A DNA stretch of 64,000 bases from assembly GCA_963663765.2 (NCBI GenBank), contig CAXXUA010000007.1, positions 64,001-128,000 on the forward strand, written 5' to 3'. This DNA is from Candidatus Poribacteria bacterium (GTDB lineage Bacteria > Poribacteria > WGA-4E > WGA-3G). The notes under the pieces are model-generated. The model worked only from the letters and a program-made list of their open reading frames with translations. It had not been told where the DNA came from and made no database searches. Below, piece after piece: positions 1-10,675 of this stretch (the stretch's first letter is position 1; each line of letters starts with the position of its first letter). Both the position numbers and the translations under genes were made by a program.

Positions 1-3000
1 CATCAGTGAATTCAGGGGCACGGTTTTCGTCCACATCAGTGACACTAATAGTGACCTTGATACTATCTCTACCACCATTCCCATCAGACACTGTGATTGT
101 CAAGGAATAAGATGTCTTGGTTTCATAATTTAGGGCTGATCTTGTTAGCAGCTGCCCGTTTGTAGTGTTAATGCTAAATGAGTCAGCATCCGTTCCACCG
201 AGACTATAAGTAAGATCATCGTCATCTGCATCGGTTGCCCCAATCGCACTCCCGATATTCACGCCGGACCCCGTATTCTCCGCAACAGAGCGGGTTGTGC
301 TATCGCCATCAGCGAACACTGGTGCGCGGTTCTCGTCTACATCTGTCACGTTGATTGTAATATCGATTTCGTCTGTGAGCGTTCCATCAGACACAGTGAT
401 TGTGACAGAATAGGAGTCTTTTGTTTCGTAATCCAGAGCGGCTTTCGTTCGCAACTGTCCTGAGCTGCTATCAATGCCAAACGAGGCAGTATCCGTTCCA
501 CCGAGACTATAAGTAAGATCATCGTCATCTGCATCGGTTGCCCCAATCGCACTACCGATATTCACGCCGGACCCCGTATTCTCCGCAACGGAACGCGTTG
601 TGCTATCGCCATCTGTAAACACAGGTGCGCGGTTCTCGTCCACATCCGTTACATTGATTGTAATATCGATATCATCTGTGAGTGTTCCATCAGACACGGT
701 GATTGTGACAGAATAGGAGTCTTTTATTTCATAATCCAGAGCGGCTTTCGTTCGCAGCTGCCCAGAGCTGCTATCAATCCTAAACGCGGCAGCATCGGTG
801 CCACCGAGACTATAAGTGAGATCATCGTCATCTGCATCGGTTGCCCCAATCGCACTCCCGATATTCACACCGGACGCAGTATTCTCCTCAACTTCTCGCG
901 TTGTGCTATCGCCATCTGTAAACACAGGTGCGCGGTTCTCGTCTACATCCGTGATGTTGATGGTAATGTCAATCGTATCCGCGAGTGTATTGTCAGAAAC
1001 CGTGATTTTTACTGAGTAAGAGGTCTTGGATTCATAATTTAATGCTGCTTTGGTTTGCAGCTGCCCACTTGTACTAACAATGTCAAATGACGATGCATCC
1101 GTCCCACCGAGTGAATATGTCAAGGTATCGCCATCGTCCGGGTCGGTTGCGGAAAGTACACCACCGATAGTCACACCTGCTGTCGTATTCTCTGCGATTG
1201 ACAGAGTCGTTTTGGCATCGGCTGCGATGACAGGTGCCTCATTCACATCAGCGACGTTAATCGTGACGGCGATGCTGTCTGTGCCATTGCCATCTGATAC
1301 GGTGACGGTGACCTTATAAGAGGATTTCGCCTCATGATTAAGCGCAGCACTTGTTTTCAACTGCCCGTTAGCACTGTCAATACTAAACGAAGCTGCATCT
1401 GTTCCGCTTAGCAGATACGCAAGCGTGTTTTTATCCACATCTGTAGCACCAATACGTGTGCCGATGTTGGAACCTGCATCAGTATTTTCAGCGACAGAAC
1501 GTGTTGTGCTTGTACCATCAGAGAATACTGGGGGGTTGTTAGAAGTCGATTCGTCTAAGTTCGTGACGCTGATTGTTATCGTGATTATATCTGTCAAACT
1601 ACCATCGGAAACAGAGATTGTCACCGAATAGGCTGTCATTTTTTCATAATCAAGGGTAGATTTTGTTTTCAACTGTCCAGTCTCACCATCAATACTGAAT
1701 GATGCTGCATCCGTTCCACCGAGGGTATATGTCAGGTCGTCCCCATCCGGATCGCTTGCAGAAACAGCACTTCCGATGTTTATGTCTGCAGCAACATTCT
1801 CAGCGATTGAGCGGGTTGTGCTATCGCCATCAGAAAACGCAGGGGCTTCGTTGACATCGGTGACGTTAATGGTAACAGAGATACTATCTGTGTCCGTGCC
1901 ATCTGAGGCAGTGACAGATACCGAGTAGGAGGATTTGCTCTCATAGTCCAACGTTGCGCTCGTTTTCAGTTGTCCTGAATTGCTATTAAAGCTAAAAGAA
2001 GACGCATCAGTGCCACTGAGACTATAAGCCAATTCATCATTGTCCGCATCAGTCGCAGCAAAAGCATCGCCGATGTTTACACCTGAGCTTGTATTCTCTG
2101 CTACAGTGAGGGTCGTGCTACTCCCTCCTGTAAACTCCGGTGAGGAGTTTGCAGGCGTTTCGTCTACATCGGAAACATTTATCGTGACGGTGATACTATC
2201 ACTACCACCGTTGCCATCAGAAACGGTGATTGCTACTGAATACAATGACTTTGTTTCATAGTCAAGGGACGCATCGGTTCGCAGTTGTCCTGTTGTGCTG
2301 TCAATGCTAAACGATCCTTTATCCGTGCCACCCAATGTATAAGTCAATGTATGTCCATCCGCATCGGTGGCAGAAACTGCAGCTCCGATGTCCACACCGG
2401 TACCGGTGTTCTCCGTTACGGAGCGGGTGGTGTTTTCACCTTCGGTGAACTCTGGCGCGTTGTTCGTGGGACTTTCATCTACATCTGTAACGTTAATCGT
2501 CACGTTAATTGTGTCTGTCAGACTGCCATCTGAGACAGTTATCATCACCGAGTATGAGTTTTTAGTTTCATAATCAAGTAACGCTTTTGTTTTCAGCTGT
2601 CCCGTTGCGGTATCAATGGTAAATGATGATGCATCTGCACCCCCAATGCTGTAGGTAAGCGGATCGTCATCCGTATCAGTTGCAGCAACCGGTTCACCAA
2701 TATTTTCTCCTGCAGCCCTATTCTCTGCGATAGACCGAGTTGTACTTGTGCTTTCTGTAAACACCGGCGCGCGGTTTTCATAACTCGTATGCCCTATGAA
2801 GGTGCGGATAGCATCGCTTGTGCTAACATCTATTACTGCAGCGGAAAACTCAGCGAAAATGGTATAGGCACCAGTCGCTGTCGCATAACTTTCTACTTTG
2901 ACGTAATACGTACCTGGTTCCACATCGTGTGCTATGCTGAAATTATAACCGGAATAATCGTCATTCGTTGCCACGGTGTTCCCATCACTATCTTCCAACG

Positions 3001-4162
3001 CACCCACAGTATTAAGAGCTCCTGTTGTCCAGACTGTCAGTTCACCTGCTGTCTCAACTTGGATGCTGAAGTAATCCACATCATCGCCAGGGGCTATATC
3101 TTCAGTGAGGGAGCCACTTATAGGCAGCGGTGTCGCATCTGCTCGCGTGTTGTTAGTTTCATCCGTTGCTGGCGGTGGCGGTTCGTCTGTTGAGGGAACA
3201 TCCCATAGGAGTATCGTCCCGTCCTCACTCGCACTTGCGATTATGGTGCCATCAGGACTAAAAGATACGCTTAAGACCGCACGCGTATGCCCTGATAGTG
3301 TTCGTATGTGTGTGCCTGTGTCTGCCTGCCACAAACGGATCGTGTTGTCATAACTCCCACTGGCGATTGTGCTACCATCAGGACTAAAAGATACGCTTAA
3401 GACCGCACGCGTATGCCCTGATAGTGTTCGTATGAGTGTGCCTGTGTCTGCCTGCCACAAACGGATCGTGTTGTCATAACTCCCACTTGCGATTATGGTG
3501 CCATCAGGACTAAAAGATACACTATAGACCCAATCCGTATGCCCTGATAGTGTTCGTATGAGTGTGCCTGTGTCTGCCTGCCACAAACGGATCGTGTTGT
3601 CATAACTCCCACTGGCGATTGTGCTACCATCAGGACTAAAAGATACGCTATAGACATTCCACGTATGCCCTGATAGTGTTCGTATGTGTCTGCCTGTGTC
3701 TGCCTGCCACAAACGGATCTCTTGCCTACTCCCACTTACGATTGTGCTACCATCAGGACTAAAAGATACGCTATAGACCAAACCCGTATGTCCTGAGAGT
3801 GTTCGTATGTGTGTGCCATCGGTTACATTCCACAAACGGATGGTGGTGTCATAACTCCCACTTGCGATTGTGCTACCATCAGGACTAAAAGACACGCTTC
3901 TGACCGCACGCGTATGCCCTGAGAGGAGGTCAAGTTCTTCACCTGTCTGTGCATCGTAGATCCAAACACCAGTGCTACCTGCTACTGCCAATTTGCTGCC
4001 ATTGGGAGAATAGGCAACATTCCCAATAATCTGTCCTTTCCTGAGACGTGCTTTTGCGCCTTCGCGTAGACTTATTGTTGTGTAGTCTTGGGCGGGGGTG
4101 TTGGAGGTAAAGGTTAGTGTTATAGTCAGTGTTATCAAGATTGAATATAATATGTTTTTCAT
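1..4162 (-). CDS. Large secreted protein (partial, runs off left edge): signal peptide, WD40 propeller, PPC-like domain, about 9 cadherin-like repeats
   Basis: Read by eye; absent from the ORF track, presumably because it has no stop in the window. ATG at 4162 after AGGAG; MKNILYSILITLTITLTF...; GHT..V.SVSFSPDG repeats at 3200-3920; DDVDYFSIQV...PGTYYVKV at about 2830-3150; ~100-aa DVDENRAPVFTDG...LDYE repeats down to base 1, in the same frame as the start codon. Confidence 0.85.
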   Translation of the reverse strand, partial: MKNILYSILITLTITLTFTSNTPAQDYTTISLREGAKARLRKGQIIGNVAYSPNGSKLAVAGSTGVWIYDAQTGEELDLLSGHTRAVRSVSFSPDGSTIASGSYDTTIRLWNVTDGTHIRTLSGHTGLVYSVSFSPDGSTIVSGSRQEIRLWQADTGRHIRTLSGHTWNVYSVSFSPDGSTIASGSYDNTIRLWQADTGTLIRTLSGHTDWVYSVSFSPDGTIIASGSYDNTIRLWQADTGTLIRTLSGHTRAVLSVSFSPDGSTIASGSYDNTIRLWQADTGTHIRTLSGHTRAVLSVSFSPDGTIIASASEDGTILLWDVPSTDEPPPPATDETNNTRADATPLPISGSLTEDIAPGDDVDYFSIQVETAGELTVWTTGALNTVGALEDSDGNTVATNDDYSGYNFSIAHDVEPGTYYVKVESYATATGAYTIFAEFSAAVIDVSTSDAIRTFIGHTSYENRAPVFTESTSTTRSIAENRAAGENIGEPVAATDTDDDPLTYSIGGADASSFTIDTATGQLKTKALLDYETKNSYSVMITVSDGSLTDTINVTINVTDVDESPTNNAPEFTEGENTTRSVTENTGTGVDIGAAVSATDADGHTLTYTLGGTDKGSFSIDSTTGQLRTDASLDYETKSLYSVAITVSDGNGGSDSITVTINVSDVDETPANSSPEFTGGSSTTLTVAENTSSGVNIGDAFAATDADNDELAYSLSGTDASSFSFNSNSGQLKTSATLDYESKSSYSVSVTASDGTDTDSISVTINVTDVNEAPAFSDGDSTTRSIAENVAADINIGSAVSASDPDGDDLTYTLGGTDAASFSIDGETGQLKTKSTLDYEKMTAYSVTISVSDGSLTDIITITISVTNLDESTSNNPPVFSDGTSTTRSVAENTDAGSNIGTRIGATDVDKNTLAYLLSGTDAASFSIDSANGQLKTSAALNHEAKSSYKVTVTVSDGNGTDSIAVTINVADVNEAPVIAADAKTTLSIAENTTAGVTIGGVLSATDPDDGDTLTYSLGGTDASSFDIVSTSGQLQTKAALNYESKTSYSVKITVSDNTLADTIDITINITDVDENRAPVFTDGDSTTREVEENTASGVNIGSAIGATDADDDDLTYSLGGTDAAAFRIDSSSGQLRTKAALDYEIKDSYSVTITVSDGTLTDDIDITINVTDVDENRAPVFTDGDSTTRSVAENTGSGVNIGSAIGATDADDDDLTYSLGGTDTASFGIDSSSGQLRTKAALDYETKDSYSVTITVSDGTLTDEIDITINVTDVDENRAPVFADGDSTTRSVAENTGSGVNIGSAIGATDADDDDLTYSLGGTDADSFSINTTNGQLLTRSALNYETKTSYSLTITVSDGNGGRDSIKVTISVTDVDENRAPEFTD
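3230..3925 (-). repeat. Six near-identical ~126-bp WD40-coding tandem repeats
   Basis: Repeated ccatcaggactaaaaga..cgtatgccctgatagtgttcgtat blocks. Confidence 0.9.
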
Positions 4163-4179
4163 TATTATTCTCCTTATAT

Positions 4180-4520
4180 TGACTGCTATTTCCGTATTTA
4201 CACCTTCCGTGTAGCAGACCTTCCCTGCTGTGAATGTGTAGAATTACACGCCACACGCCACAAGTTCTCCTTGTGCGTTTTTGCCACCCATATGGGCAGC
4301 ACGGCTACGCTGATGATGCATCTCTAAAAGTACTGTTAGGAAACCGCACCTATAGTTACTGAGTATGAGTTCTTAGTATCATAATCAAAGGACACTTTTG
4401 TTTTCAATTGGAGAAGATACGCCACTTATTGCCACTACGATTGCATCAGAACTTGCGAAGTGCGCTCACTGACTGATGCGACATCTGCATAACTGGTAAC
4501 ATGCACGCCAAGCATTACTA
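4180..4520 (-). pseudogene. Degraded mosaic relic of a secreted cadherin/FlgD-Ig-tail protein gene
   Basis: Minus strand gives RSRAAHMGGKNAQGELVACGV*FYTFTAG (C-terminal Ig/sorting-like tail with stops); 4351-4410 resembles the cadherin DNA at 2550-2600; VSERTSQV..DAIV at about 4420-4490. Confidence 0.55.
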
Positions 4521-4546
4521 CAATTCACAAATGATGTATTCTATTG

Positions 4547-4579
4547 AGATAGTGAGTATTCAAGAAATACTCACTATCT
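4547..4579. terminator. 14-bp-stem hairpin, terminator-like
   Basis: agatagtgagtatt-caaga-aatactcactatct followed by T's on the + strand. Confidence 0.45.
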
Positions 4580-4756
4580 TTTGGTAATGTCAAATATAAT
4601 AATTATATTTATATAATCCTAATAAGTCAAGTTATAATATCTATATATTTAAAATATATAATGATTAGTTATTACTCTATTGTCAGCGAATGTATCAATT
4701 CAGATATACAGTCCATCTAGCAGAGCATATCAAAGCGGTAAGTCTTCTATCTCATT

Positions 4757-4826
4757 GTAGCGGTGGTTCTCTATGCCAGCCGTTGTTGTATGTCTGACAT
4801 GGTGTGGCGTAGAGAACCGTTCTACA
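4757..4826. repeat. GTAG-ended REP-like inverted pair
   Basis: gtagcggtggttctctatgcca ... tggcgtagagaaccgttctac. Confidence 0.6.
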
Positions 4827-4840
4827 CTGCGGTGTCTAAA

Positions 4841-5023
4841 GGGTGTGTAAAGTTTTTGTAGAAACACGGATATTAAAAGAAGTCTGTCCAGTTTCTATTA
4901 AAGTTTGCTTGATGTTAGGGAACTGTGGACATCGTAGGGGCGAGGTTTTCTCGCCCGCGTAAAGTTTCTGTTCGGGCGGGGAGACCCCGTCCCTACACAC
5001 AGTAACCAAAACTTTACACACCC
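4841..5023. mobile_element. MITE family H (TIR GGGTGTGTAAAGTTTT) carrying a GTAG REP doublet
   Basis: 16-bp terminal inverted repeats; homologous copies at 40144-40505 and about 46430-46560. Confidence 0.85.
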
Positions 5024-5110
5024 AAGATATTTGTTCATCTTGCTTTTTTTGTACATTCATGCTAATGTATCTAAACTGAATCTTTAATTGGTCTTATTCT
5101 GAGGTTAGAA

Positions 5111-6838
5111 TTGAATTACAAACAAAAAGCACTGATATGTGTTCCATTCAGTTTAGTAATTTGTATTATTTTGATGTGGCAGTTTCCAAATGTAGCATCG
5201 GATGGTGGGGATGTTGTATGGCGGCAAAACGCTATACTTTCGTTGTTTTCTATTCTATTTGATTCGGATGTTGCATGGTGGTATAGCGTATTGCCACCAT
5301 TGATTGCTATCACATTAGCAGTAATTACAACGCGGTTGTTTCTTAGTCTTGGTGTTGCAGTTGGTGTTGGTGTTATACTTGCTTGGGGACAGCAAGGATT
5401 TTCGTTTAATTCTTTCTTCTCTGAGTTAATATGGTTTGCGCGTGCAGTCACCATTACTAATGATGGAATTGATCTGTTCAATTTATGGGTAATTCTGTTT
5501 GTCCTTTTCATGATGTCAATGATTACAGTTGTTATTGCCTCTGGTGGTATTGGGGGTGTCATATCTCTGTTATCTCACTTGGCAAAGGGAGCGCGTTCAA
5601 CGCAGTTCATCACTGCGATAATGGGTACGTTAATTTTCATTGGTGACTATAGCAATGCGATGCTGGTTGGTCCCACGATGCGACCCATCACTGACAAGTT
5701 CAAAGTAAGTCGAGAGAAGTTGGCATATATTGTGGATTCCACGAGTGCGCCTATCGCAGGACTTGCTTTTGTAAGCACATGGATCGGATATGAGGTTGGG
5801 TTATTTAATGACGTAGCTAAAACTATTGGATTAGATAGTGATGGTTATTCAATGTTCTTTGACGCGCTGCCGTTCCGTTTCTATTGCATATTGACGATAT
5901 TGTTCGTTATCATAAACACTATCAGTGGTCGTGATTATGGGATGATGCGGCGAGCACAGATGCGAGCAAGGGAAACGGGTAATGTTTTAGAACCTGATGC
6001 GAAAGTCATGGGAAATATTGCATCGGAGATACAAACAGGAAACATCAAAGCACAAATTCTTTCTGCAGTGATTCCTCTTACCCTTCTTTTTAGTCTGATT
6101 TTGGGTGGTTTATGGATAGATGGTAAGGGTTCAGGCTCAATTTTTTCACTGACATCTTGGCGTGATGCACTTTCAAATGCGAATAATGTAAAAATCCTTG
6201 CGACTGCTGCAATTACTTCATTTCTTGCTGCGATTATTTGTGCAAGATTGTTTTCTCAAATGACGTTTTCAGATATTTGGAAAGCAGTGAAGGAAGGTTT
6301 AACAGGAACGCTTTTACCGATTGCGATAATCCTTTGTGCATGGGGGATTAAAGCGAGTTGTGATAAACTGATGACCGGACAGTTTATCGCATCAATCATC
6401 AGTGATGTTGTTTCACCTTTGTGGTTTCCCGCACTTGTATTCGTAGTTGCTTCAATTACTTCATTTGCGACAGGAACGAGTTGGGGAACGATGGCGATTC
6501 TAATACCGACTGCAATACCGGTTGCTTTTGTACTTGATAATAACATGTATGGCCTCACGACAATTATTTGCTTGGGTGCAGTTCTGGACGGTGCAATTTT
6601 TGGAGACCACTGTTCACCTATATCAGACACAACCATTTTGAGTGCTATTGTCAGTAGTTGTGATCCGATGCATCATGTGCGGACGCAAATGCCGTACGCC
6701 CTCACTGTAGCTGTCATAGCATTAATCTGTGGTTATCTTCCCGCTGCCCTCGGATTGCCATCTTCTATCGGTATATTGATTGGAGTTAGCATCATAATAC
6801 TGTTGTTTTCTATCTTATCTCGATTACGACCAGATTGA
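5111..6838 (+). CDS. Na+/H+ antiporter NhaC-family membrane transporter
   Basis: 575 aa hydrophobic protein; SREKLAYIVDSTSAP, FATGTSWGTMAI and GDHCSPISDTT motifs. Confidence 0.85.
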   Translation: MNYKQKALICVPFSLVICIILMWQFPNVASDGGDVVWRQNAILSLFSILFDSDVAWWYSVLPPLIAITLAVITTRLFLSLGVAVGVGVILAWGQQGFSFNSFFSELIWFARAVTITNDGIDLFNLWVILFVLFMMSMITVVIASGGIGGVISLLSHLAKGARSTQFITAIMGTLIFIGDYSNAMLVGPTMRPITDKFKVSREKLAYIVDSTSAPIAGLAFVSTWIGYEVGLFNDVAKTIGLDSDGYSMFFDALPFRFYCILTILFVIINTISGRDYGMMRRAQMRARETGNVLEPDAKVMGNIASEIQTGNIKAQILSAVIPLTLLFSLILGGLWIDGKGSGSIFSLTSWRDALSNANNVKILATAAITSFLAAIICARLFSQMTFSDIWKAVKEGLTGTLLPIAIILCAWGIKASCDKLMTGQFIASIISDVVSPLWFPALVFVVASITSFATGTSWGTMAILIPTAIPVAFVLDNNMYGLTTIICLGAVLDGAIFGDHCSPISDTTILSAIVSSCDPMHHVRTQMPYALTVAVIALICGYLPAALGLPSSIGILIGVSIIILLFSILSRLRPD

Positions 6839-6876
6839 TTGTTCCGAATTTGTTGTCCGAATAGTAGTAGGGCTAC

Positions 6877-7745
6877 TTAATTCACAGTAGCGAGAACGAC
6901 CCGTTTTATCCCCGCATAATCTTTGATGAACTGAAACTTCTTATATGCGGATTGTTCTTGAATCAATGCTGCAACCTGATCTGCTTGTGTGTCCCCGATT
7001 TCAAAGATGAGTTTTCCTTCTGGTAATAGATAGTGTGGTGTTTCGGCAATTAGATTGCGAATGATGGTTAACCCGTCTTTACCTGCAAACAGTGCGATAT
7101 TGGGTTCATGTTCGAGAATTTCTGCACTCAATTCATTTATTGTCCCGCTATTGACATAAGGCGGGTTGGCAACGATCCAATCAAAGCTTTTCTGTTTTAG
7201 TGTTTTAATTGGTTCAAATAGATCACCATGTAGAAGATGAATACGATCTTCGCAGCCATGATTATCTATGTTTTTTCTCGCCACCACTAATGCATCTTGA
7301 GAGATGTCAGTAGCGGTAATTTTCCATTCCGGTTTGTTTACTGCGATTGTTGTTGCAATAGCGCCACTTCCTGTTCCTATCTCCAACAAATTTTGCGATG
7401 TGTTCTCTTCAGACTTTAGAATAGTTTCTACGATGAATTCTGTTTCTGGTCTCGGAATAAGTACGCGTTCATCACGAAAAAATCAAGTGACATGAACTCT
7501 TTGTTGTTTGTAATATAACTGATAGGTGTCCGTACGATTCGTTTTTTGATTAGTTCTCGGAATACACTTAGGTCGTGTTGGAAAACAGGCATATCAAAAT
7601 GCAGATAGAGTTGCAGTCTGCTTTTTTTAAGAAGGTGTCCGAGTAACACCTCAGCATCTAAACGAGGATTGGGTATGTTATGCTTTTCAAAATAACCTGT
7701 TGTCCACTCAAGGAGTTCAAGCACATGCCAGATTTTAGTAGCCAT
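6877..7745 (-). pseudogene. prmC: Release-factor glutamine methyltransferase, split by a 1-bp deletion near 7474
   Basis: N-terminal RLDAEVLL...PISYI..KEF; second frame DERVLIPRPETE, EIGTGSG, NPPY; directly downstream of prfA. Confidence 0.85.
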
Positions 7746-7881
7746 ATATTGTTATACTATTTCCGTGAACTCTGTAAGAGAGAGAATTTGGTAGGATAAA
7801 TTTTGTGGATGGATTTAAAGCCATAAAACTATAAAGTAGGATTCTTGATTCATTGGCATATATCAATTATTTTTAATGTGA

Positions 7882-8955
7882 TTAGATTCCTTCACTTTTT
7901 AACTTTTCTGCTTGGTCTGCGGTAGTCAATCGTTCAATAAATGCTTCTAAATCACCATCTAAAACGTTATCTAATTGATGTGAGCTAAATTGGATGCGGT
8001 GGTCAGTTACTCTTGATTGCGGGAAATTATATGTGCGAATTTTTTCGCTTCTGTCACCGCTACCGACCATTGATCGTCTTGTTTCAGCGCGTTCGCTATC
8101 CAGTTCTGCCTGTTTTATTTCTTGTAGGCGTGCGCGTAAGATTTTCATGGCTTTTGATCGGTTTTTGTGTTGTGATTTTTCGTCTTGTTGCGTAACGACT
8201 AAACCAGTTGGTAGGTGTGTGATGCGGATTGCAGAATCTGTTGTGTTGACACTTTGACCACCTGGTCCTGATGATCGGTATGTATCGATTCTTAATTCTG
8301 TTGCTTCTTCTATTTCAATATCAACTTCTTCAGCTTCAGGTAGGACAGCGACAGTAACAGCAGATGTGTGAATTCTTCCGCTTGTTTCGGTTGTTGGTAT
8401 TCGTTGAACTCTGTGTATTCCGCCTTCATATTTGAGTAGGCTATATGCGGAATTTCCTTCAATTGAAAAAACCACCTCTTTAAACCCTTTTAACCCAGTT
8501 GCGTTTGCATTGAGCATTTCAACTTTCCAACCATTTCTTTCAGCATATCTGGTATACATACGGAATATCTCTGCGGCAAATAGACTTGCCTCCTCGCCAC
8601 CTGTCCCCGCTCGAATTTCAATGATGACGTTTTTTTCGTCGTTCGGGTCTTTTGGTATCAGCAGCATTTTCAGATTATCTGTGAGTTGTTCTTGTTGATT
8701 TCTTAGAGAGTCCAACTCCTCTTGTGCTAACGCAAGCATGTCTGCATCTAATTCATCTGCTAACAGTGAATGTGTGTCTTCAATAGAAGTTTCTACCTGT
8801 TGATAGTCTTTATATGCAGAAACTATTGGTGACAGTTCGGCATGTGTCTTTGAGAGTTCTTGCAGACGTTTTGGATTAGAAATTTGTTCAAGATCACTCA
8901 AAGATTTTTCGACATTAATAAATTTCTCTTGAATGTCTTTAAGTTTATCTAACAT
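7882..8955 (-). CDS. prfA: Peptide chain release factor 1
   Basis: IRAGTGGEEA, PTT anticodon-mimic motif, GGQ, RSEKIRTYNFPQ. Confidence 0.97.
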   Translation of the reverse strand: MLDKLKDIQEKFINVEKSLSDLEQISNPKRLQELSKTHAELSPIVSAYKDYQQVETSIEDTHSLLADELDADMLALAQEELDSLRNQQEQLTDNLKMLLIPKDPNDEKNVIIEIRAGTGGEEASLFAAEIFRMYTRYAERNGWKVEMLNANATGLKGFKEVVFSIEGNSAYSLLKYEGGIHRVQRIPTTETSGRIHTSAVTVAVLPEAEEVDIEIEEATELRIDTYRSSGPGGQSVNTTDSAIRITHLPTGLVVTQQDEKSQHKNRSKAMKILRARLQEIKQAELDSERAETRRSMVGSGDRSEKIRTYNFPQSRVTDHRIQFSSHQLDNVLDGDLEAFIERLTTADQAEKLKSEGI

Positions 8956-9002
8956 TAGAATTCCCTTCACAGGGCAATATGTGTAATAGTATAAAAAATT
9001 CT

Positions 9003-9029
9003 AATATCTATCATGAACTGATAGATATT
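9003..9029 (-). terminator. Hairpin between rpmE and prfA
   Basis: aatatctatca-tgaac-tgatagatatt with a nearby T-run on the minus strand. Confidence 0.4.
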
Positions 9030-9106
9030 GATACAGCAAACAAAATTGGAGTTTAGCGGTACCAATTTACATTAAGCAAAAGTTTGCATGGTTTAGTTCA
9101 GAAAAC

Positions 9107-9319
9107 TTACGTTTTTTCAGTTATACCGTAACGTTTTCTGAAACTTTCAACGCGTCCAGCAGTGTCAATAAATCTTGTTTGTTGTCCAGTAAAAAAAGGA
9201 TGACATTTTGAACATACGTCAATCCTCATATCTGATTGAACAGAAACCGTCTTGATTGAAGCACCACACACACAACTGATAGTGCATTCCGTTGTTTCTG
9301 GATGGATTTCAGGTTTCAT
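9107..9319 (-). CDS. rpmE: 50S ribosomal protein L31 (zinc-binding type)
   Basis: [30 protein letters not shown]. Confidence 0.95.
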   Translation of the reverse strand: MKPEIHPETTECTISCVCGASIKTVSVQSDMRIDVCSKCHPFFTGQQTRFIDTAGRVESFRKRYGITEKT

Positions 9320-9346
9320 ATTTTCACTCCTTTTTAGCATGTTAAT

Positions 9347-10675
9347 TTATTTTCCCGTTCTGATAGCTTTAGGTCGTGGTTTTGTAGTTTGTCCTGCATC
9401 GGTGGTCATCATTTCAAGAAATTCGTCATTTGTTTTGTTCCTACCGAATTCTCGAATTAATAGTTCCATGGATTCAGCCATGCTCATCTGACTGATAAAT
9501 TTCCGTAGCACCCATACCTTGTTAAGTGCATCGCTTTCTAATAAGAGTTCTTCACGTCGTGTTTTGGATTTTTCTAAATTGATTGCGGGGAAAATCCGTA
9601 GTTCTAACAAGGTGCGATCCATGTGGATTTCCATGTTTGCTGTACCTTTGAATTCTTCATAGATGTGTGTATCGGAACGACTTTCTGTATCAACGAGTAC
9701 GGAAGCGAGTATGGTAAGGCTTCCACCTTCTTCAAATTTGCGTGCAGCGCCGCAGAATCTGCGTGGTTCCACAGTAGCCATAGCATCTAATCCGCCAGAT
9801 AGGGTTCTTCCGCTATGGGGTGCAGTCATATTGTGTGCCCTTGCAAGCCGTGTCATACTGTCCAGCAAGATGACAACATCCTGTCCGCATTCAACCATGC
9901 GTTTTGCTTTTTCAATAGCCATTTCAGAAACTTGTATATGTCGTTCTGGTGGTTCATCAAAAGTGGAGCTGATGACTTCTCCTTTGACGGTACGTATGAC
10001 ATCCGTGACCTCTTCAGGCCGTTCATCAATTAGTAAAAAGATCAGGGAAACTTCAGGATGATTAGCTTCGATTCCGAGTGCGATGTTTTTCAGAAGTGTT
10101 GTCTTACCGCTAAATGGTGGAGCAACTATGAGACCACGTTGTCCTTTCCCGATTGGTGCGAAAAGGTCAATCATACGCGTGCCAAATTCTGAAGGGTTAT
10201 GTTCTAATTTTAGTTTTTCATAAGGGAATACAGGTTGAGGTGTGTCAAAGGGTGTTCTTTGCTTTACTAATTCAGGGGGTTCACCGTTGACTTTCTCTAT
10301 TTGTAACAAAGCAAAATAACGTTCAGTCTTGTTTTCCGATTTCTTAGGAGGTCGTACCAAACCTTCTACTATGTGTCCAGTTTGCAGTCCGAACAATCTT
10401 ATCTGTGAAGAAGATACGTAAATATCTTCATCACTTTGTAAGTAATTGGATCGGGGTGATCTTAGAAAACCGAAGTTTTGGTCATTGTCATCTAAGATTT
10501 GTAGTACGCCCTTTCCGTAAAGCGGTATGTTTCTATCTGATACTGCTTTAAGGATTCGCGTTATAAGTTCATCCTTTCGGTATGAATTATAATCATCAAT
10601 ACCATAGGATTGTGCCATGGTATTTAGTGTGGAAATCTCCATATCCTGGAGCTTGCCTATTTCCAAGCTCTCCAT
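9347..10675 (-). CDS. rho: Transcription termination factor Rho
   Basis: FGFLR, PIGKGQRGLIVAPP.SGKT, LIDERPEEVTD, EEFKGTANME. Confidence 0.97.
   Translation of the reverse strand: MESLEIGKLQDMEISTLNTMAQSYGIDDYNSYRKDELITRILKAVSDRNIPLYGKGVLQILDDNDQNFGFLRSPRSNYLQSDEDIYVSSSQIRLFGLQTGHIVEGLVRPPKKSENKTERYFALLQIEKVNGEPPELVKQRTPFDTPQPVFPYEKLKLEHNPSEFGTRMIDLFAPIGKGQRGLIVAPPFSGKTTLLKNIALGIEANHPEVSLIFLLIDERPEEVTDVIRTVKGEVISSTFDEPPERHIQVSEMAIEKAKRMVECGQDVVILLDSMTRLARAHNMTAPHSGRTLSGGLDAMATVEPRRFCGAARKFEEGGSLTILASVLVDTESRSDTHIYEEFKGTANMEIHMDRTLLELRIFPAINLEKSKTRREELLLESDALNKVWVLRKFISQMSMAESMELLIREFGRNKTNDEFLEMMTTDAGQTTKPRPKAIRTGK

Noticed and set aside
3280-3290. GCGTATG in the WD40 repeats matching the element C hairpin loop
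   Set aside because: A 7-9-bp match explained by His-Thr codons; likely chance.
3230-3925. Diversity-generating retroelement template/variable repeats
   Set aside because: Differences between repeats are not adenine-specific and no reverse transcriptase is present.
346-4256. Many short ORFs listed in the track
   Set aside because: They are antisense or off-frame shadows of the long minus-strand adhesin gene.
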